Positions 1 to 11,908 of a stretch of 64,000 nt of DNA are shown piece by piece. Position 1 is the stretch's first letter; every line of letters begins with the position of its first letter. This stretch comes from Candidatus Eiseniibacteriota bacterium (lineage in GTDB: Bacteria; Eisenbacteria; RBG-16-71-46; CAIMUX01; VGJL01). Below the pieces are notes generated by a model. It saw only the letters and a program-made list of their open reading frames with translations, had not been told where the DNA came from and searched no databases. The position numbers and the translations under genes were made by a program. The stretch spans positions 544,001-608,000 of the forward strand of contig CAWBWI010000003.1 in the NCBI GenBank assembly GCA_963792585.1, given 5' to 3'.

Positions 1-395
1 ACCTGCGCGATGTTGGGGTGCGCGACCGCGGCCAGGGCTCGGGCCTCCTCGCGCAGCGTCTCCGCAGCGCCTGCGCCGGTCGAGCGGGAGGTGAGGGTCT
101 TGATCGCGATCGGGCGCCCGAGGTCCGGATCCTCCGCGAGGTAGACGACGCCGGCCGCCCCGCGGCCGATCTCCCTAAGAATCTTGTACTTGCGCAATCG
201 CTCCGGCAGCGCGGTGGAAGCGGGTTCGGGGATCCGTAGGAAGGCGGGCGACGATGTGCACGCCCGGATGAGCGAGGTCAGCTCCTGGAACAACTCCGGG
301 TCGCGCCGCCCGATCGCCTCCAGCCGTTCCTCCCGCTCCGCCGGGGGGATATCGACGAGAGCGTGGAAGAGCGTTTCGAGCCTTTCAATCGACAT
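1..395 (-). CDS. Ser/Thr protein kinase (Hanks type), partial, runs off the left edge
   Basis: Open frame from ATG at 395: MSIERLETLFHALVD...KYKILREIGRGAAGVVYLAEDPDLGRPIAIK...HPNIAQV, i.e. Gly-rich loop, AIK lysine and HPNI motif. Confidence 0.9.
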   Translation of the reverse strand, partial: MSIERLETLFHALVDIPPAEREERLEAIGRRDPELFQELTSLIRACTSSPAFLRIPEPASTALPERLRKYKILREIGRGAAGVVYLAEDPDLGRPIAIKTLTSRSTGAGAAETLREEARALAAVAHPNIAQ

Positions 396-637
396 GGGGT
401 GATTCTATCAGAGCCGGCGGGCGTTCTCCCGGGCGCCCGCGCCGTAGAAGGAGTGGATCGATGCCGTCCGTGGGGATCTCCTACGATAATCCTGCACGAT
501 AATCCTGCATTGGGAAGACCGGGGCCGCCGGGTTACACTCGTTGGTTTCGCTGAAAGCTGAGGACGGGACCCTCTCTCGGGAAGCGGGGGCCTCTTCCGG
601 GGGTCGAAACGAACTGCGATCGAGGATCGGGCGGACC

Positions 638-2886
638 ATGGAAGAGAAGATCGGGAGATTCACCATACTGGGGAAGCTGGGCCAGGGAGGCATGGGCGCC
701 ATCTATGTCGGCAACGACGAGGCGCTCGAGCGTCGCGCCGCGATCAAGCTGCTTCTGGACTGCGAAGACCCCACCGGACTGCAGAGGTTTCTGCTGGAGG
801 CCCGGGCGGCGGCGAGCGTCAGCCATCCGAACATCTGCCAGATCTACGAGATCGGCGACGAAGCCGGGCGGCCCTACATCGCAATGGAACTTCTGGAGGG
901 AGAGGGACTCCACGCGCGGCTCTCGCGGGGCGCACTTCCTCTGGGGGAGGCGATCGCGGTCACGCAGCAGCTCCTGGGCGGACTCGATGAGATCCACCGC
1001 CGCGGGTTTGTCCACCGGGACCTGAAGCCGTCCAATGTCCACCTGACGCCCCACGGGGTGAAGATCCTCGACTTCGGTCTGGCGCGATCGACCGCCTCGA
1101 ACGGTGCGACGGCCGCGATCCCGCTCACGAAGCCTGGCGCAATCGTGGGAACGCCGCAGTACATGGCGCCGGAGCAGTGGACGGGCGCGTCCGTGGGGCC
1201 GGCGACCGATCTCTTCGCCGTCGGCGCGATGCTCTACGAGATGATCAGCGGGCGCCAGGCGTTCCCGGGGGAGACCATCTACGAGATCTGCGATGCCGTC
1301 GCCCACCACCAGCCGCCTGCCTTGAGCGGGGATGCGGCCGTCGTTGCCTACGATCGAATCATCCAGCAGGCGATCGAGAAGCGACCGGCCGAGCGGTTCT
1401 CATCGGCGAAGGCGATGGCCGAGGCGCTGCGGGGCATCCAGCTCAGCATGGATCGTGGGGAGACGGTGCCGATCCGGCAGACCACGAGGATGATCGCGCT
1501 TCCATTCCGGATCCTTCGACCCGATCCCGGAGACCGACTTCCTCGCTTTCAGCCTTCCCGATGCGCTCGGAGGTTCGCTATCGAAGCTGGAATCGGTCGT
1601 CGTTCGCTCGACACTGGCATCCGGCACGACCGGTGCCGATCCGTTCGACATGAAGAGTTTCGCGCGCGAGATGGGGGTCGACATGATCCTCACGGGAACG
1701 ATTCTGCGGGCGGGGGACCAGATACGGGTGACGGCGCAGCTGACGGATGGCACGTCCGGGACGATTCTCTGGACGAAGGTCTCTCAGGGCACGCTGGGCG
1801 ACCTGTTCGCGCTTCAGGATTCCCTGCTCCACGAGATCACTGATTCGCTGGCCACGCCCCTCACGCGACGGGACCAGAGCCGGCTGCTTCAGGATGTACC
1901 GGCCACGCCCCGCGCGTACGAACTCTATCTTCGAGCCAATCAGCTCACGTTGACAAATGTCTACGCTTCCTCGCTCATGCAGATCAGGGACATGTACAAG
2001 ACGTGTTTGGAGGACGATCCGCGGTTCGCTCCCGCTTGGGCGCGGTTGGGGCGTGTGTACCGAATGATCGCCAAGTACGGACACGACGATCCCCAGGCGA
2101 ACTACCTTCTCGCCGAGGAGGCGCTTTCGAAGGCCCTGGAGATCAACCCGGACCTCTCGATCGCGCACAACTACTATGCCCACCTGCTGATCGAGGAGGG
2201 TCGCTCCCTGGAGACCATGACGCGCCTGGTCGCGCGCGCGCAGAACCGTGTCACCGACCCGGGGGTGTTCGCCGGACTCGTACCGGCGTTGCGGTTCTGC
2301 GGGCTCCTGCACGCATCGCTGGCGGCCGAGCGGAGGGCGAGCCGGCTCGAGCCCAACATACGCACCAGCGTCCACTACACACACTGGATGCTGGGCGACT
2401 ACGAACAGGCGATGGCGACGGACAACGACGAGCCTCAGTTCGTGCGCGCCGCCGCGCCGGCCATGCTCGGGCGTGTGGAAGAGTCGATTGCGACGTACCG
2501 CGAAGTTCGAGCGGCGGGGATTCGAAGGTGGGGAAGCGGCGCATACGAGGATGGTTCGCGCCGCCATGGAGGGAGACAGTGCGGGATGTCTCGAGGGGTA
2601 TCGCAAGTTCCTCGAGTCGGAGTTCCGCGACCCGGAGGGGATCTTCTTCATCGCGCGCAATCTGTCGCGCGTGGGCGCTGTCGACGAAGCCCTTGTCTGC
2701 CTGACGCGGGCCGTGGACGGAGGTTTCTGGTGCATCGAGGCGGTCGTCCCGGACCCGTGGCTCGATTCCCTTCGCGGCTCGCCGCAGTTCGGGGATCTGA
2801 CGGACCGCTGCGAGGCGGGCCGCCGGCGCGCCGCCACCGAGTACGCGAGGGTGGGCGGGGAACGGCTGCTGGGCCCGGTCCGCTAG
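638..2886 (+). CDS. Ser/Thr kinase with TolB-like/TPR C-terminal region; frameshifts near 1530 and 2520
   Basis: LGQGGMG, AAIK, HRDLKPSN, DFGLA and GTPQYMAPE motifs; continues in ORFs 1650-3020 and 2248-2886 (IRVTAQL, AYELYLRA, DPRFAPAWARL). Confidence 0.88.
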
Positions 2887-2945
2887 TCAGAGACGCGTGG
2901 GTTCTCCAACTTCGCTCCGGCGAGGCGGCCACCCCGGTCTTCCCT

Positions 2946-5900
2946 CTACGGCAAGCGTTGTACGCGCGTGTGGACGCCATCCGACAGCAGCAATTCCAAC
3001 CGGCCCGTGGATCCGGATAGGCGCGCGCGCCCGCCGCGCGCGAAGCCGAGGCATCGACCCTCATCCATGGTGCGGACCATGACCATCGGCGCGCGGGACG
3101 CGTCCCAGACGAGCTCCGCACCTCCGCCGCCGAGTCGGGTCAAGTTGGCATCGGCGCCGAGACTGTGGAGACCCCGTGACGTGGGCGCCACGGCCGACTC
3201 TCGGCGCACGCGTTCCGTTGGACCGTCCACGACCCTCAAGACCTCGATCCGATCCAAGAGCCCGGCCGACATCGGGACGGCAAAGCAGAATCCCGCGGAC
3301 GTCGGATCGGTCGGATGGCTGGACTGCATCACGTCGAAATCCTGAGACCAGAGAACCGCTCCGGCAGCGTCGAGACCTTCCACGCGATAGGGGCCGGGGC
3401 GCGGAGGCGACGGCCGGGTGGAGAGCAAGAACGACGGCTCCAGGGACCATCGTGCCGTTTCGCCTGAGCCCCCAGACCAGCAGGCATGGCTCCTCCCCGA
3501 CCTCTTGCCGGAAACCAATCGGGCTGCCCTCGCGAAAGTCGAGGAACTTCTTGTAGGTGTAGTCGCTGATCCACTTGGTGCTGCAATAGCTCATGATGTC
3601 CTTGTATGTGGTCTTGTCCTTGAGCGACGAGGCCCAGAGATCGTATCCGTAGACCCCGATGGCCCCGCCGGGATACGGGTAGTTGGGATCAGCGCCACTC
3701 TCGCCGCCGGTGCACTGCGTGTGGCCATAGTTCCAGTTGTGACCGATCTCGTGCGCCAGAGTCCAGGAGCCGCTCGGCAAGTAGTCCCATCCGATCGCGA
3801 CGGGATATCCGATCCACCCAAGTCCGGCCACGCCGGAGCCATAGGTGACGTGGACGACGCCGAAGTAGTAGCGGCTGCTGCCGTCGGCGGTGCGCTGGGC
3901 CGTGACCTCGTTGAGAACCTGGTCCCATCCCGTGCCGTCGGCCAGAAGGTTCGCCGTGCTGTTCAAGGTCGCGTGAACCTGCGCGTCATAGTCGGGGATC
4001 GGATGGAGCCTGCGGACGTAGTCCATGAACGAGGCCGCGTTGCCCGGCATTGACGTTTCCGGTCCCGGAAGGAGTGTTCACGGGCACCAAGGTCATGTCC
4101 AGAATCGAGAGATCCCGCGCGTCCAACGGCTGCGGCGTTCCCGACGCCGGCCAGACATTGTTGGACTCGTCGTCTTCGGGGATCAGGTTGCTCGGGTCCA
4201 CATCCACCAACAAGGAGTATCCCGACTGGATGTAGGTTCCGGATACGGCCTGGTTCCAAGACCTGGAGAGAATGCTCTCGTCGACCGTCGTAGGAACCGA
4301 CCCGCCGGGAGCGGAGATTGTATAGGTCTGGATCAAGCTGCCGCCGTCGTAGATCCGCACGCGCACCTGCGGCGTCAGGCTGTTCGCTCCGTCCGCGATG
4401 GCGAAGGCCCGCAGGAACCCGTTTCGGTAGCTGACCAATGGAACGTCGAAGGCCGGGGTCTGCGTCGACTGGGTGATGTACACCGTGGGCACGGTGAGGT
4501 CCACGCCGCCGCCAATCCCTACGGTCACGATGTAAGCACGCGTGCCGGTGAAGCTCCACGCGTCCGTGGCCTGAACGGTGAACGAGAAGTCGCCGGTTTC
4601 CGAAGGCGTTCCGGTCAGATTGCCGCCGGTGGAAAGGATCAGACCCGTGGGGAGGGCGCCCGCGCTCACGACGAAGGAATAGGGCGCGGTGCCTCCGCTG
4701 GCGGTGATGGTCTGGTTGTAGGCCACCCCTAGCGTCCCGCCGGGGAGGGAGACGGGGCTCAGCGTGATCGTCGGCGGAGGACAGGGATTCGGCGAGCAAT
4801 CGGTATCCGCGCCCTGCCAGACGTTCGGAGAGGTGCAATACACCTGGATTGTGGTGGAGCAACTGCCGGTGGGTGTGCAGCACGCGCCGGTCGGAGGCTG
4901 GGGACACGGATTCGGCGAGCAGTTGGTGTCTGCGCCCTGCCAGACGTTCGGAGCGACGCACGCCGCCTGGATCGTGACGGAACAGACGCCGGCGGGCGTG
5001 CAGCACGCGCCCGTCGGGGGTTGTGGACAGGGGTTGGGTGAGCAGTTGGTGTCCGCGCCTTGCCAGACGTTCGGCGACGAGCACGCCGCCTCGGTCTTCA
5101 CGGTGCAGGCGCCGGCAGGCGTACAGCACGCGCCGGTCGGAGGCTGGGGACACGGATTCGGCGAGCAGTCGGTGCCTGCGCCCTGCCAGACATTCGGAGA
5201 GGCGCACGACGGTTGGGTGGTGACGGAGCAACTGCCGGTCGGCGTGCAGCACGCGCCGGTGGGCGGCTGGGGACATGGATTCGGCGAGCAATCGGAACCT
5301 TCGCCTTGCCAAACGTTCGGGGCGACGCACGAAGTCTCGGTCGTGACCCAACAGAACCCGGACGGCATGCAGCACGCGCCGGTCGGTTGTTGCACGCAGG
5401 GGTTGGGCGAGCAACCCGTGCCTGCGCCCTGCCAGGTATTCGGAGAGACGCACGACGCCTGCGTCGTGATGGAGCAGGCGCCTGCGGGTTCGCAGCACGC
5501 GCCGGTCGGTTGTTGCACGCAGGGGTTGGGCGAGCAGTCGGTGCCCGCTCCCTGCCAGACATTCGGAGCGACACAGGATGCCTGCGTTGTGATCGAGCAT
5601 GCGCCCGTGAGGGCGCAGCATGCGCCGGTGGGTTGTTCCATGCAGGGATTGGGCAAGCAGTCCGTCCCCGCGCCCATCCAGACGTTCGGGGACACACAAG
5701 ACGCCTGTGTTGTGATCGAGCATCCGTCGCTCGGGGTGCAACACGCGCCGGTCGGCTGCGGGCATGGGTTGGGTACACAGTCGGTGCCGGCGCCGCGCCA
5801 TATGCTCGGGGCGACGCACTCGGCCTGGGTCGTGATGGTGCAGGCGCCGGTGGGCGCGCAGCACGCGCCGGTCGGCTGCGGGCATGGGTTTGGGGAGCAG

Positions 5901-7579
5901 TCGGTGCCGGGACCGCTCCAGCTGTAGGGCGCCATGCATCCGGTCTGGACCGTGACGAAGCACGCGCCGGCTGGAGTGCAGCATGCGCCGGTCGGCTTCG
6001 GGCAGGGATTGGGCGTGCAGTCGGTGCCGGCGCCATACCAAACGTTTGGAGCGGCGCAGGCGGGCTCGGTCGTGGTGGTGCAGACCCCGTCGAACGCGCA
6101 GCAGGCCCCTGTTGGTTGAGCGCACGGATTGGGGTCGCAGTCGGCGAGCATCGTCCAGACGCTCGGCGACGCGCAGGCCGTCTCCGTCGTGACGGCGCAG
6201 ACGCCGTCGGGCGCGCAACAGGACCCGGTCGGTTGAACGCACGGATTGGGGTTACAGTCGGAGAACATCGTCCAGACACTCGACGACGCACAGGCCTCTT
6301 CCGTTGTGACGGTGCATGCGCCCGTGGAAGCGCAGCAGGAGCCTGTCGGCTGGACACAAGGATTGGGATCGCAGTCGGCGAACATCGTCCAGACGCTCGG
6401 TGCGGCGCACGCGATCTCCGTCGCGACAGTGCAGACGCCGTCGGGCGCACAGCAGGAACCCGTCGGCTGGACACAAGGATTGGGATCGCAGTCGGCGAAC
6501 ATCGTCCAGACGCTCGGCGCGGCGCACGCGATCTCCGTCGAGACGGTGCAGACGCCGTCGGGCGCACAGCAGGAACCCGTCGGCTGGACACAAGGATTGG
6601 GATCGCAGTCGGCGAACATCGTCCAGACGCTCGGCGCGGCGCACGCGATCTCCGTCGAGACGGTGCAGACGCCGTCGGGCGCACAGCAGGAACCCGTCGG
6701 CTGGACACAAGGATTGGGCTCGCAGTCGGCGAACATCGTCCAGACGCTCGGTGCGGCGCACGCGATCTCCCTCGTGACGGTGCAGACGCCGTCGGGGGCG
6801 CAGCAGGAACCGGTCGGTTGGACACATGGATTCGGCTCGCAGTCGGCGAACATCGTCCAGACGCTCGGTGCGGCGCACGCGATCTCCATCGTGACAGTGC
6901 ACACGCCGTCGAGAGCGCAGCAGGCACCGGTCGGCTGGACACATGGATTCGGCTCGCAATCGGCGAACATCGTCCAGACGCTCGGGAGCGCGCAATCTGT
7001 CTGTGCGGTCACCGTGCAGACACCATTCAACGCACAGCAGGAACCGGTCGGCTGCGTGCAGGGACTCGGAGAGCAGTTCGTCTCGGCGCCTTGCCAGGTG
7101 CCCGGTGATCGGCAATCCGCTTCGGTTGTCACCGAGCATACGCCCGTGGGGTCACAGCATGCTCCGACGGGGATTGCCTCGCCGATGCCGGAGCAGACCA
7201 TCGTTCCAAGGGTCGCGTTGTCCGTCGCGATGGTGCAGGTCTTGTTGCCGGCCGATGTGGGTTGGAACCGGACCACGACCTCCCGCGCCTTGTCCGGATC
7301 AATGGAGAAGGCGCCGCCTCCCGATACCAGTGAGAACTCCGGACAGGACGTGTGGATCGTGCCGGTGAGGGCTCCCCGCCCGGCGTTGTGTAGGGTGAAC
7401 GAGCGATCGGCGTACTGGCCCAATACCACCCGGCTAAAGTCCAGGCGCGCGGGGTCCAGTTTCCCCGAGGGTGGCTCCACGATCTGATCGGGGCTGCATC
7501 CCGCCAGCAAAGATATGGTCAGGAAGAAGACCGAGGAGCGACAGGCCCGGTCAACGAAGGCGCGCACTATCCGTGTCAT
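2946..7579 (-). CDS. Large lipoprotein: Ig-like domain, 20 Cys-rich repeats, Ig/CARDB-like domains, Zn-metalloprotease (M66-like); frameshifts near 4050 and 3450
   Basis: Lipobox LLAGC; repeats xQPTGxCC..C..C..W..C.PNPC; HEIGHNWNYGH zinc motif plus DIMSYC Met-turn in ORF 3061-4050; C-terminal part in ORF 2946-3518. Confidence 0.8.
4780..7175 (-). repeat. Intragenic tandem array of 20 units of 117-123 bp (39-41 aa, 6 Cys each)
   Basis: Counted in the translation; units at about 6345-6830 are near-identical 117-bp copies (GACACAAGGATTGGGATCGCAGTCGGCGAACATCGTCCAGACGCTCGG...). Confidence 0.95.
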
Positions 7580-7622
7580 GTTCAACCCCGCATTCGGAAT
7601 CGCCCCGCCTGATGCCGATTGG

Positions 7623-8357
7623 TTAGAACCCCGTTACGACCGACAAGCCGAAGAGAACATTGTCCGGTTCCTTGGCCGCTTCCCGAATGTCGCTCTGGAT
7701 CAAGCGCGTGTAACCGATCATCGGGCGCACGATCAGGAAATTGGTGAGCGACAGATCTGACGAGAGGGTGATCCCCATGTCGGTCAGCCCCTCGGTGGCA
7801 ACGCCGTAATTGAATTCGTTGTTCGCCTTGTCCGCCCAACCGACCGCGGCGACAGCGTCGATCGATCCGGACCCCAGCGGGATCGACGGGCCGAACCCCG
7901 CGGAGACATACATGCCGTCGCCCGCGTCGACGATGCGGAAGACGGTGAGCGAGGGGGTGAGGAGCCACGGCCCGGTCATCCCGACGAAGAGTTCCGTGCA
8001 CCGCTCGGTCCCGTCCTGGGAATAGGTGTACATCTGCCCGCCGGTCGAGAACTCGACGCCGGCGAAAGCGAAGGTGAACGTGGCCGAGTAGTCCACCTCG
8101 GTGAATTCCCTGGGTCGCGCATTGACGTCATCCAGATCCATGTTGGCCCAGATCCCAGCCTCCAACATCCCCAGCCCTGCCGTCACGCTCGGCTGGGCGA
8201 CAGGGCCCGAGGTGAGCGCGCTTCCCCTCCAGAGGTACTTGTTCAGGAAGGCGCACTCGGCGGAGACGGACGGAGTCATCCGGGCCTGTGCGGCGCCGCA
8301 CAAGCAAAGAAGAACTGCGATCGGCGCGACGGCACGGGCGGTGCGGGGAAGGCCCAT
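7623..8357 (-). CDS. Outer-membrane beta-barrel protein (TorF/gcw_chp-like putative porin)
   Basis: Signal peptide, NKYLWRG, GIWAN and EVDY motifs, C-terminal Phe; GGAGG RBS before ATG 8357. Confidence 0.7.
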   Translation of the reverse strand: MGLPRTARAVAPIAVLLCLCGAAQARMTPSVSAECAFLNKYLWRGSALTSGPVAQPSVTAGLGMLEAGIWANMDLDDVNARPREFTEVDYSATFTFAFAGVEFSTGGQMYTYSQDGTERCTELFVGMTGPWLLTPSLTVFRIVDAGDGMYVSAGFGPSIPLGSGSIDAVAAVGWADKANNEFNYGVATEGLTDMGITLSSDLSLTNFLIVRPMIGYTRLIQSDIREAAKEPDNVLFGLSVVTGF

Positions 8358-8707
8358 GGTGGAAACCTCCATCGTGTTGCGGCCCCGGGGACCATCCTCC
8401 CCGTGGATCGCGGGCATGCCTCTGAGGGAATTGTCGGCATTCGGGCACGAGTTCTTCGGCGAGAAAGGCCCCGTGGTGGGTCCAGTTTGGAGGGCCGGCC
8501 GCTCGCCGGTCTGCCCACGATGGGCGGTCGTTCCTCGGGCCCGGACGCGGTATCATCAGCTCCGCGGCCGGGCGGCAACGATGGTCGGATGTTCCGGCTT
8601 CGGAACGCGGGCCGCGTCGGTTCCATCGAATGAACAGCGGGCGGTCGGATTCCTGTCCAGGGAGGGTCCGCTCGGAGACCGGGAATGCCGGCGGACAGCT
8701 GGGAGGG

Positions 8708-9205
8708 ATGATGATCAGTCAGAGGATTCAAGAGGCGATCAACACGCAGATCAACCGCGAACAGTATTCCGCGCAGCTCTATGTCGCGATGAGCGCCCAC
8801 TGCGAAGCGAAGAGCTTCCGCGGCTTCGCCCACTGGTTGCGCGTGCAAGCCCAGGAGGAGACCCTCCACGCGATGAAGCTCGTCACCTTCCTGCTCGATC
8901 GCGGCGGCCGTCTCGAGTTGAAGGCCATCGCGGCGCCACCCAAGGAGTTCGGCACGATCACCGAGGTCTTCGGGAAGATCCTCGAGCATGAGAGGGAGAT
9001 CACGGGGACCATCAACGCCCTCTTCGAGCTCTCGAGGGCCGAGAAGGACTATCCCAGCGAGATCACCCTGCAGTGGTACGTGACGGAGCAAGTCGAGGAA
9101 GAAGCGAACGTCGGCCAGATTCTGGATCAGCTCCGCGCCGTCGGGGAGCAGGGCGGAGGGATCTGGTACCTCGACTCGAAGATGGGCAAGCGCGCCGCCG
9201 GATAG
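8708..9205 (+). CDS. ftnA: Non-heme ferritin
   Basis: QINREQYSAQLY, QAQEETLHAMK, EHEREIT and WYVTEQVEEE ferroxidase motifs. Confidence 0.95.
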   Translation: MMISQRIQEAINTQINREQYSAQLYVAMSAHCEAKSFRGFAHWLRVQAQEETLHAMKLVTFLLDRGGRLELKAIAAPPKEFGTITEVFGKILEHEREITGTINALFELSRAEKDYPSEITLQWYVTEQVEEEANVGQILDQLRAVGEQGGGIWYLDSKMGKRAAG

Positions 9206-9523
9206 ATCCTCCCCGCGGCTTCCGGTTGGGAGTGGCCGGCGGCGCCTCGGACCGCCGGCCGATTCTCGGCGATGGGGTTCTCCGGACGGGCACTCTCCGA
9301 CCGGCCGGCGAGCCCGCGCCCGATCACCCCATCGAGTTCCTCGGTTAGGGACGGCCTTTCGATTCAAGAAGCGCGGCACCCGCAGGCCCGGCACCCGTAG
9401 GCCCTGCGCGCGCGGCCCGGCACGCGGGCCCGCCGCGGTTGCGCCCGCGGAGGGTCGGGACTATGCTTCCTGCGTTCGTGCTCAGGAGGCGTTGCGGGGT
9501 GCGGCCTCCATCGAGGGAACCTG

Positions 9524-10399
9524 ATGAATCCCCTGGCTGCGCGGCGTCGTTCGATCCTCTTCTTGGTGCCGCTTCCGTTGCTCCTGACCCTGCTTGTCTC
9601 CTGCGGAGGCGATGATCCGCGCGGGAACCGCCTCACGGGAGCTGGCATCCCCGATACGCCACCCCTGCTTCCGCTGCCCGGCCTCGCCATCCAGCCCCGA
9701 ATCGGCGGCATCGACCCGGTGGCCCGGCAGGCGGCCTCGGTCGTCATCGGCCAGCGCAACATGATCCCGTACCTCACACGGGGCAGCGAGTCCGCCATCT
9801 CCATGTTCAACGGGGGGACATGGAATTCGATTCGCAGCGGCTGCTGGTCGAAGGAGCGCGGCGCCCCCCCCGGCTTTGGCTGTGCGTACACCCTGCATGC
9901 ATGCACGGACGGCGCCCGATTCGACTGGACCGAGGTCATCGACGGCGCGTGTCCGGACGCTTTCGGCACGACCGAGTACTACCAATGGGTTCGTTTCGCC
10001 GTCGCCACGAGCGTGGACGCGCAGGAGGGATCGTTCCGCGTCTACCGCTCCACGACCGATACCGTCGAGGAGGCCTGGGCGTGGGAGTTCTCGACGGACC
10101 CTCCCGGGGGTACGTGGGAGATTTACCGTGGCGAGATCGAGCCCGTGAATCTCCTCGCGCGGCTGACCTGGACCCGCGACGAGGATGGATCCGAACAGGC
10201 GCAGTGGGTCTGGTCCGGCTTCGCGAAATGGGAATCGGAAGTCGCATCCGACGGCCTGATCGGATCGCTGACAACGCACCAATGGAGCCCGAACCGGCCG
10301 GCGTGGCAACGGCTGCACGAGATCCAGTGGACCGTGGGCCATGGAACGTGGAAGACGTTCGATACCGATGGCGCCGTCGCGGTCGACCGCAGCTGGTAG
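9524..10399 (+). CDS. Hypothetical lipoprotein, Trp-rich
   Basis: Lipobox LLVSC after a hydrophobic stretch; 291-aa ORF. Confidence 0.65.
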   Translation: MNPLAARRRSILFLVPLPLLLTLLVSCGGDDPRGNRLTGAGIPDTPPLLPLPGLAIQPRIGGIDPVARQAASVVIGQRNMIPYLTRGSESAISMFNGGTWNSIRSGCWSKERGAPPGFGCAYTLHACTDGARFDWTEVIDGACPDAFGTTEYYQWVRFAVATSVDAQEGSFRVYRSTTDTVEEAWAWEFSTDPPGGTWEIYRGEIEPVNLLARLTWTRDEDGSEQAQWVWSGFAKWESEVASDGLIGSLTTHQWSPNRPAWQRLHEIQWTVGHGTWKTFDTDGAVAVDRSW

Positions 10400-10534
10400 G
10401 ACGGCGGTGACCGGTGATTGCAGCTTTTTGACGCGTAGCCCTTCCTTCTTGACTCCTTCTTGATGGGACCCGGATCCATGCTTTGTGTCGGAACCAGTCC
10501 ATTCTATCGAGATCCAGATCCGGGAGGTCCTAAA

Positions 10535-11870
10535 GTGCGCAAGCTCCAACGACTCACATTCGTCCTCGTCATGGTGACCCTGCTTTCTGGCGCCGGAGTC
10601 CTTGCCGCCGTCGCCGACGAGAAGCCGGTCGCAGCGGCTCCGTTTGCATTCGCCGATTTCTCTTGGATCCCGGGCAACTGGGGATCGAGTGACCGGCCGC
10701 TCACCTCAGGCGCATTCGTTGGCGAGTTTCGATTCGACGCCGCCTACCACGACAGTTTCAATCACCCCAAGGACGACACCATCTCGGGATCGAGCGAGGT
10801 CTTCCGTCACGGGGAACTCCAGGTCACGCAGCTCGGCATCGGGGGGGATTTCTTCTACAAGAACGTGACCGGCCGGCTCATGACCCAGTTCGGCATGTAT
10901 TCCCAGACAACGCCGCGCAACGACGCCAGCACCGCGCGGGGGCAGTGGAATCTCGACGGGGCCTACCGGTATCTTTCCGAAGCCTACGGCGGGTATCACA
11001 TCGACAAGTGGAACGGCATCAACATCCAGGCTGGGATCTTCATGTCCTACATCGGACTCTGGAGCTACTACAACTTTGACAACTGGACCTACCAGCCGTC
11101 CTACGTTTCGTCGAACACGCCGTGGTTCTTCAACGGAGCGCGGATGCAGATCTTTCCGAGCGACAAGCTGAAGATCGAGCCCTGGTTGGTCAACGGCTGG
11201 CAGTCGTACGGCCGTTTCAATACCGCTCCCGGGGGCGGCGGGCAGATTCTCTGGCGTCCGAATGGGTCGCTCTCCATCCTCGGCAACCAGTACATCGGCA
11301 CCGACACGTTCGGAAACAAGAACCGCAAGCGCTTCCACACGGATGACAGCATCATGGCCAAGTACTACGATCGCCCGGCAGGATTCCTGAGCAAGGCGGC
11401 AGCCTCGCTCACCGTGGACTACGGGCGCGAGTGGGGCGGCGGGGTGACGGGGAAGAAGCAGTACTTCAAGGGTTTCATGGCCTACAACCGTTTCTGGTTC
11501 GATCATGACCGCTACGCCCTCACCATCGGCGGGGGGGCGATCGACAATCCGGGACGTTATCTGGTGCTCGTGCCGCCCATCAATGGAGCGACCGCCTTCT
11601 CCGGAACGCCCTACTTCACGGCGACTCCCGGGGATCCGTTACAAGGCGTGGGACATGCAGTTCACGGCGGACTACATGCCGCAGCCGTTCATCACATTCC
11701 GGGCGGAGTTCAACCACCGCCACTCCAACGTGCCCTACTTCGCGGGAAAGGGAGGGGTCACCCCTCCGGGCGGGAACCAGGGCGCGCCGGGCTCGATGGT
11801 CGAAGGATGGACCCCCGACCTGGTCAAGGATGAGAACCGGCTCACCCTCGCCATGATGGTCAAGCTCTAG
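10535..11870 (+). CDS. Outer-membrane beta-barrel porin (DUF1597/OmpL-like BBP2 type); frameshift near 11640
   Basis: Signal peptide; SEAYGGYH, GIFMSYIGL, NTPWFFNG and NGWQSYG motifs; C-terminus in ORF 11505-11870. Confidence 0.8.
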
Positions 11871-11908
11871 GCTTCGCTCGAGGGACGGTCCCAAGGGAGG
11901 ACTGAAGA

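Noticed and set aside
4780..7175. Regular repeats as a CRISPR array or a multiheme cytochrome
   Set aside because: Units are contiguous in-frame coding repeats with no unique spacers, and there is no CxxCH motif
3963..7487. Long alternative-frame and antisense ORFs (for example 3963-6242, 5060-7108, 6246-7487)
   Set aside because: Shadow ORFs caused by high GC and repetitive coding on the real frame; the same applies to 21999-23627 and 26906-28588
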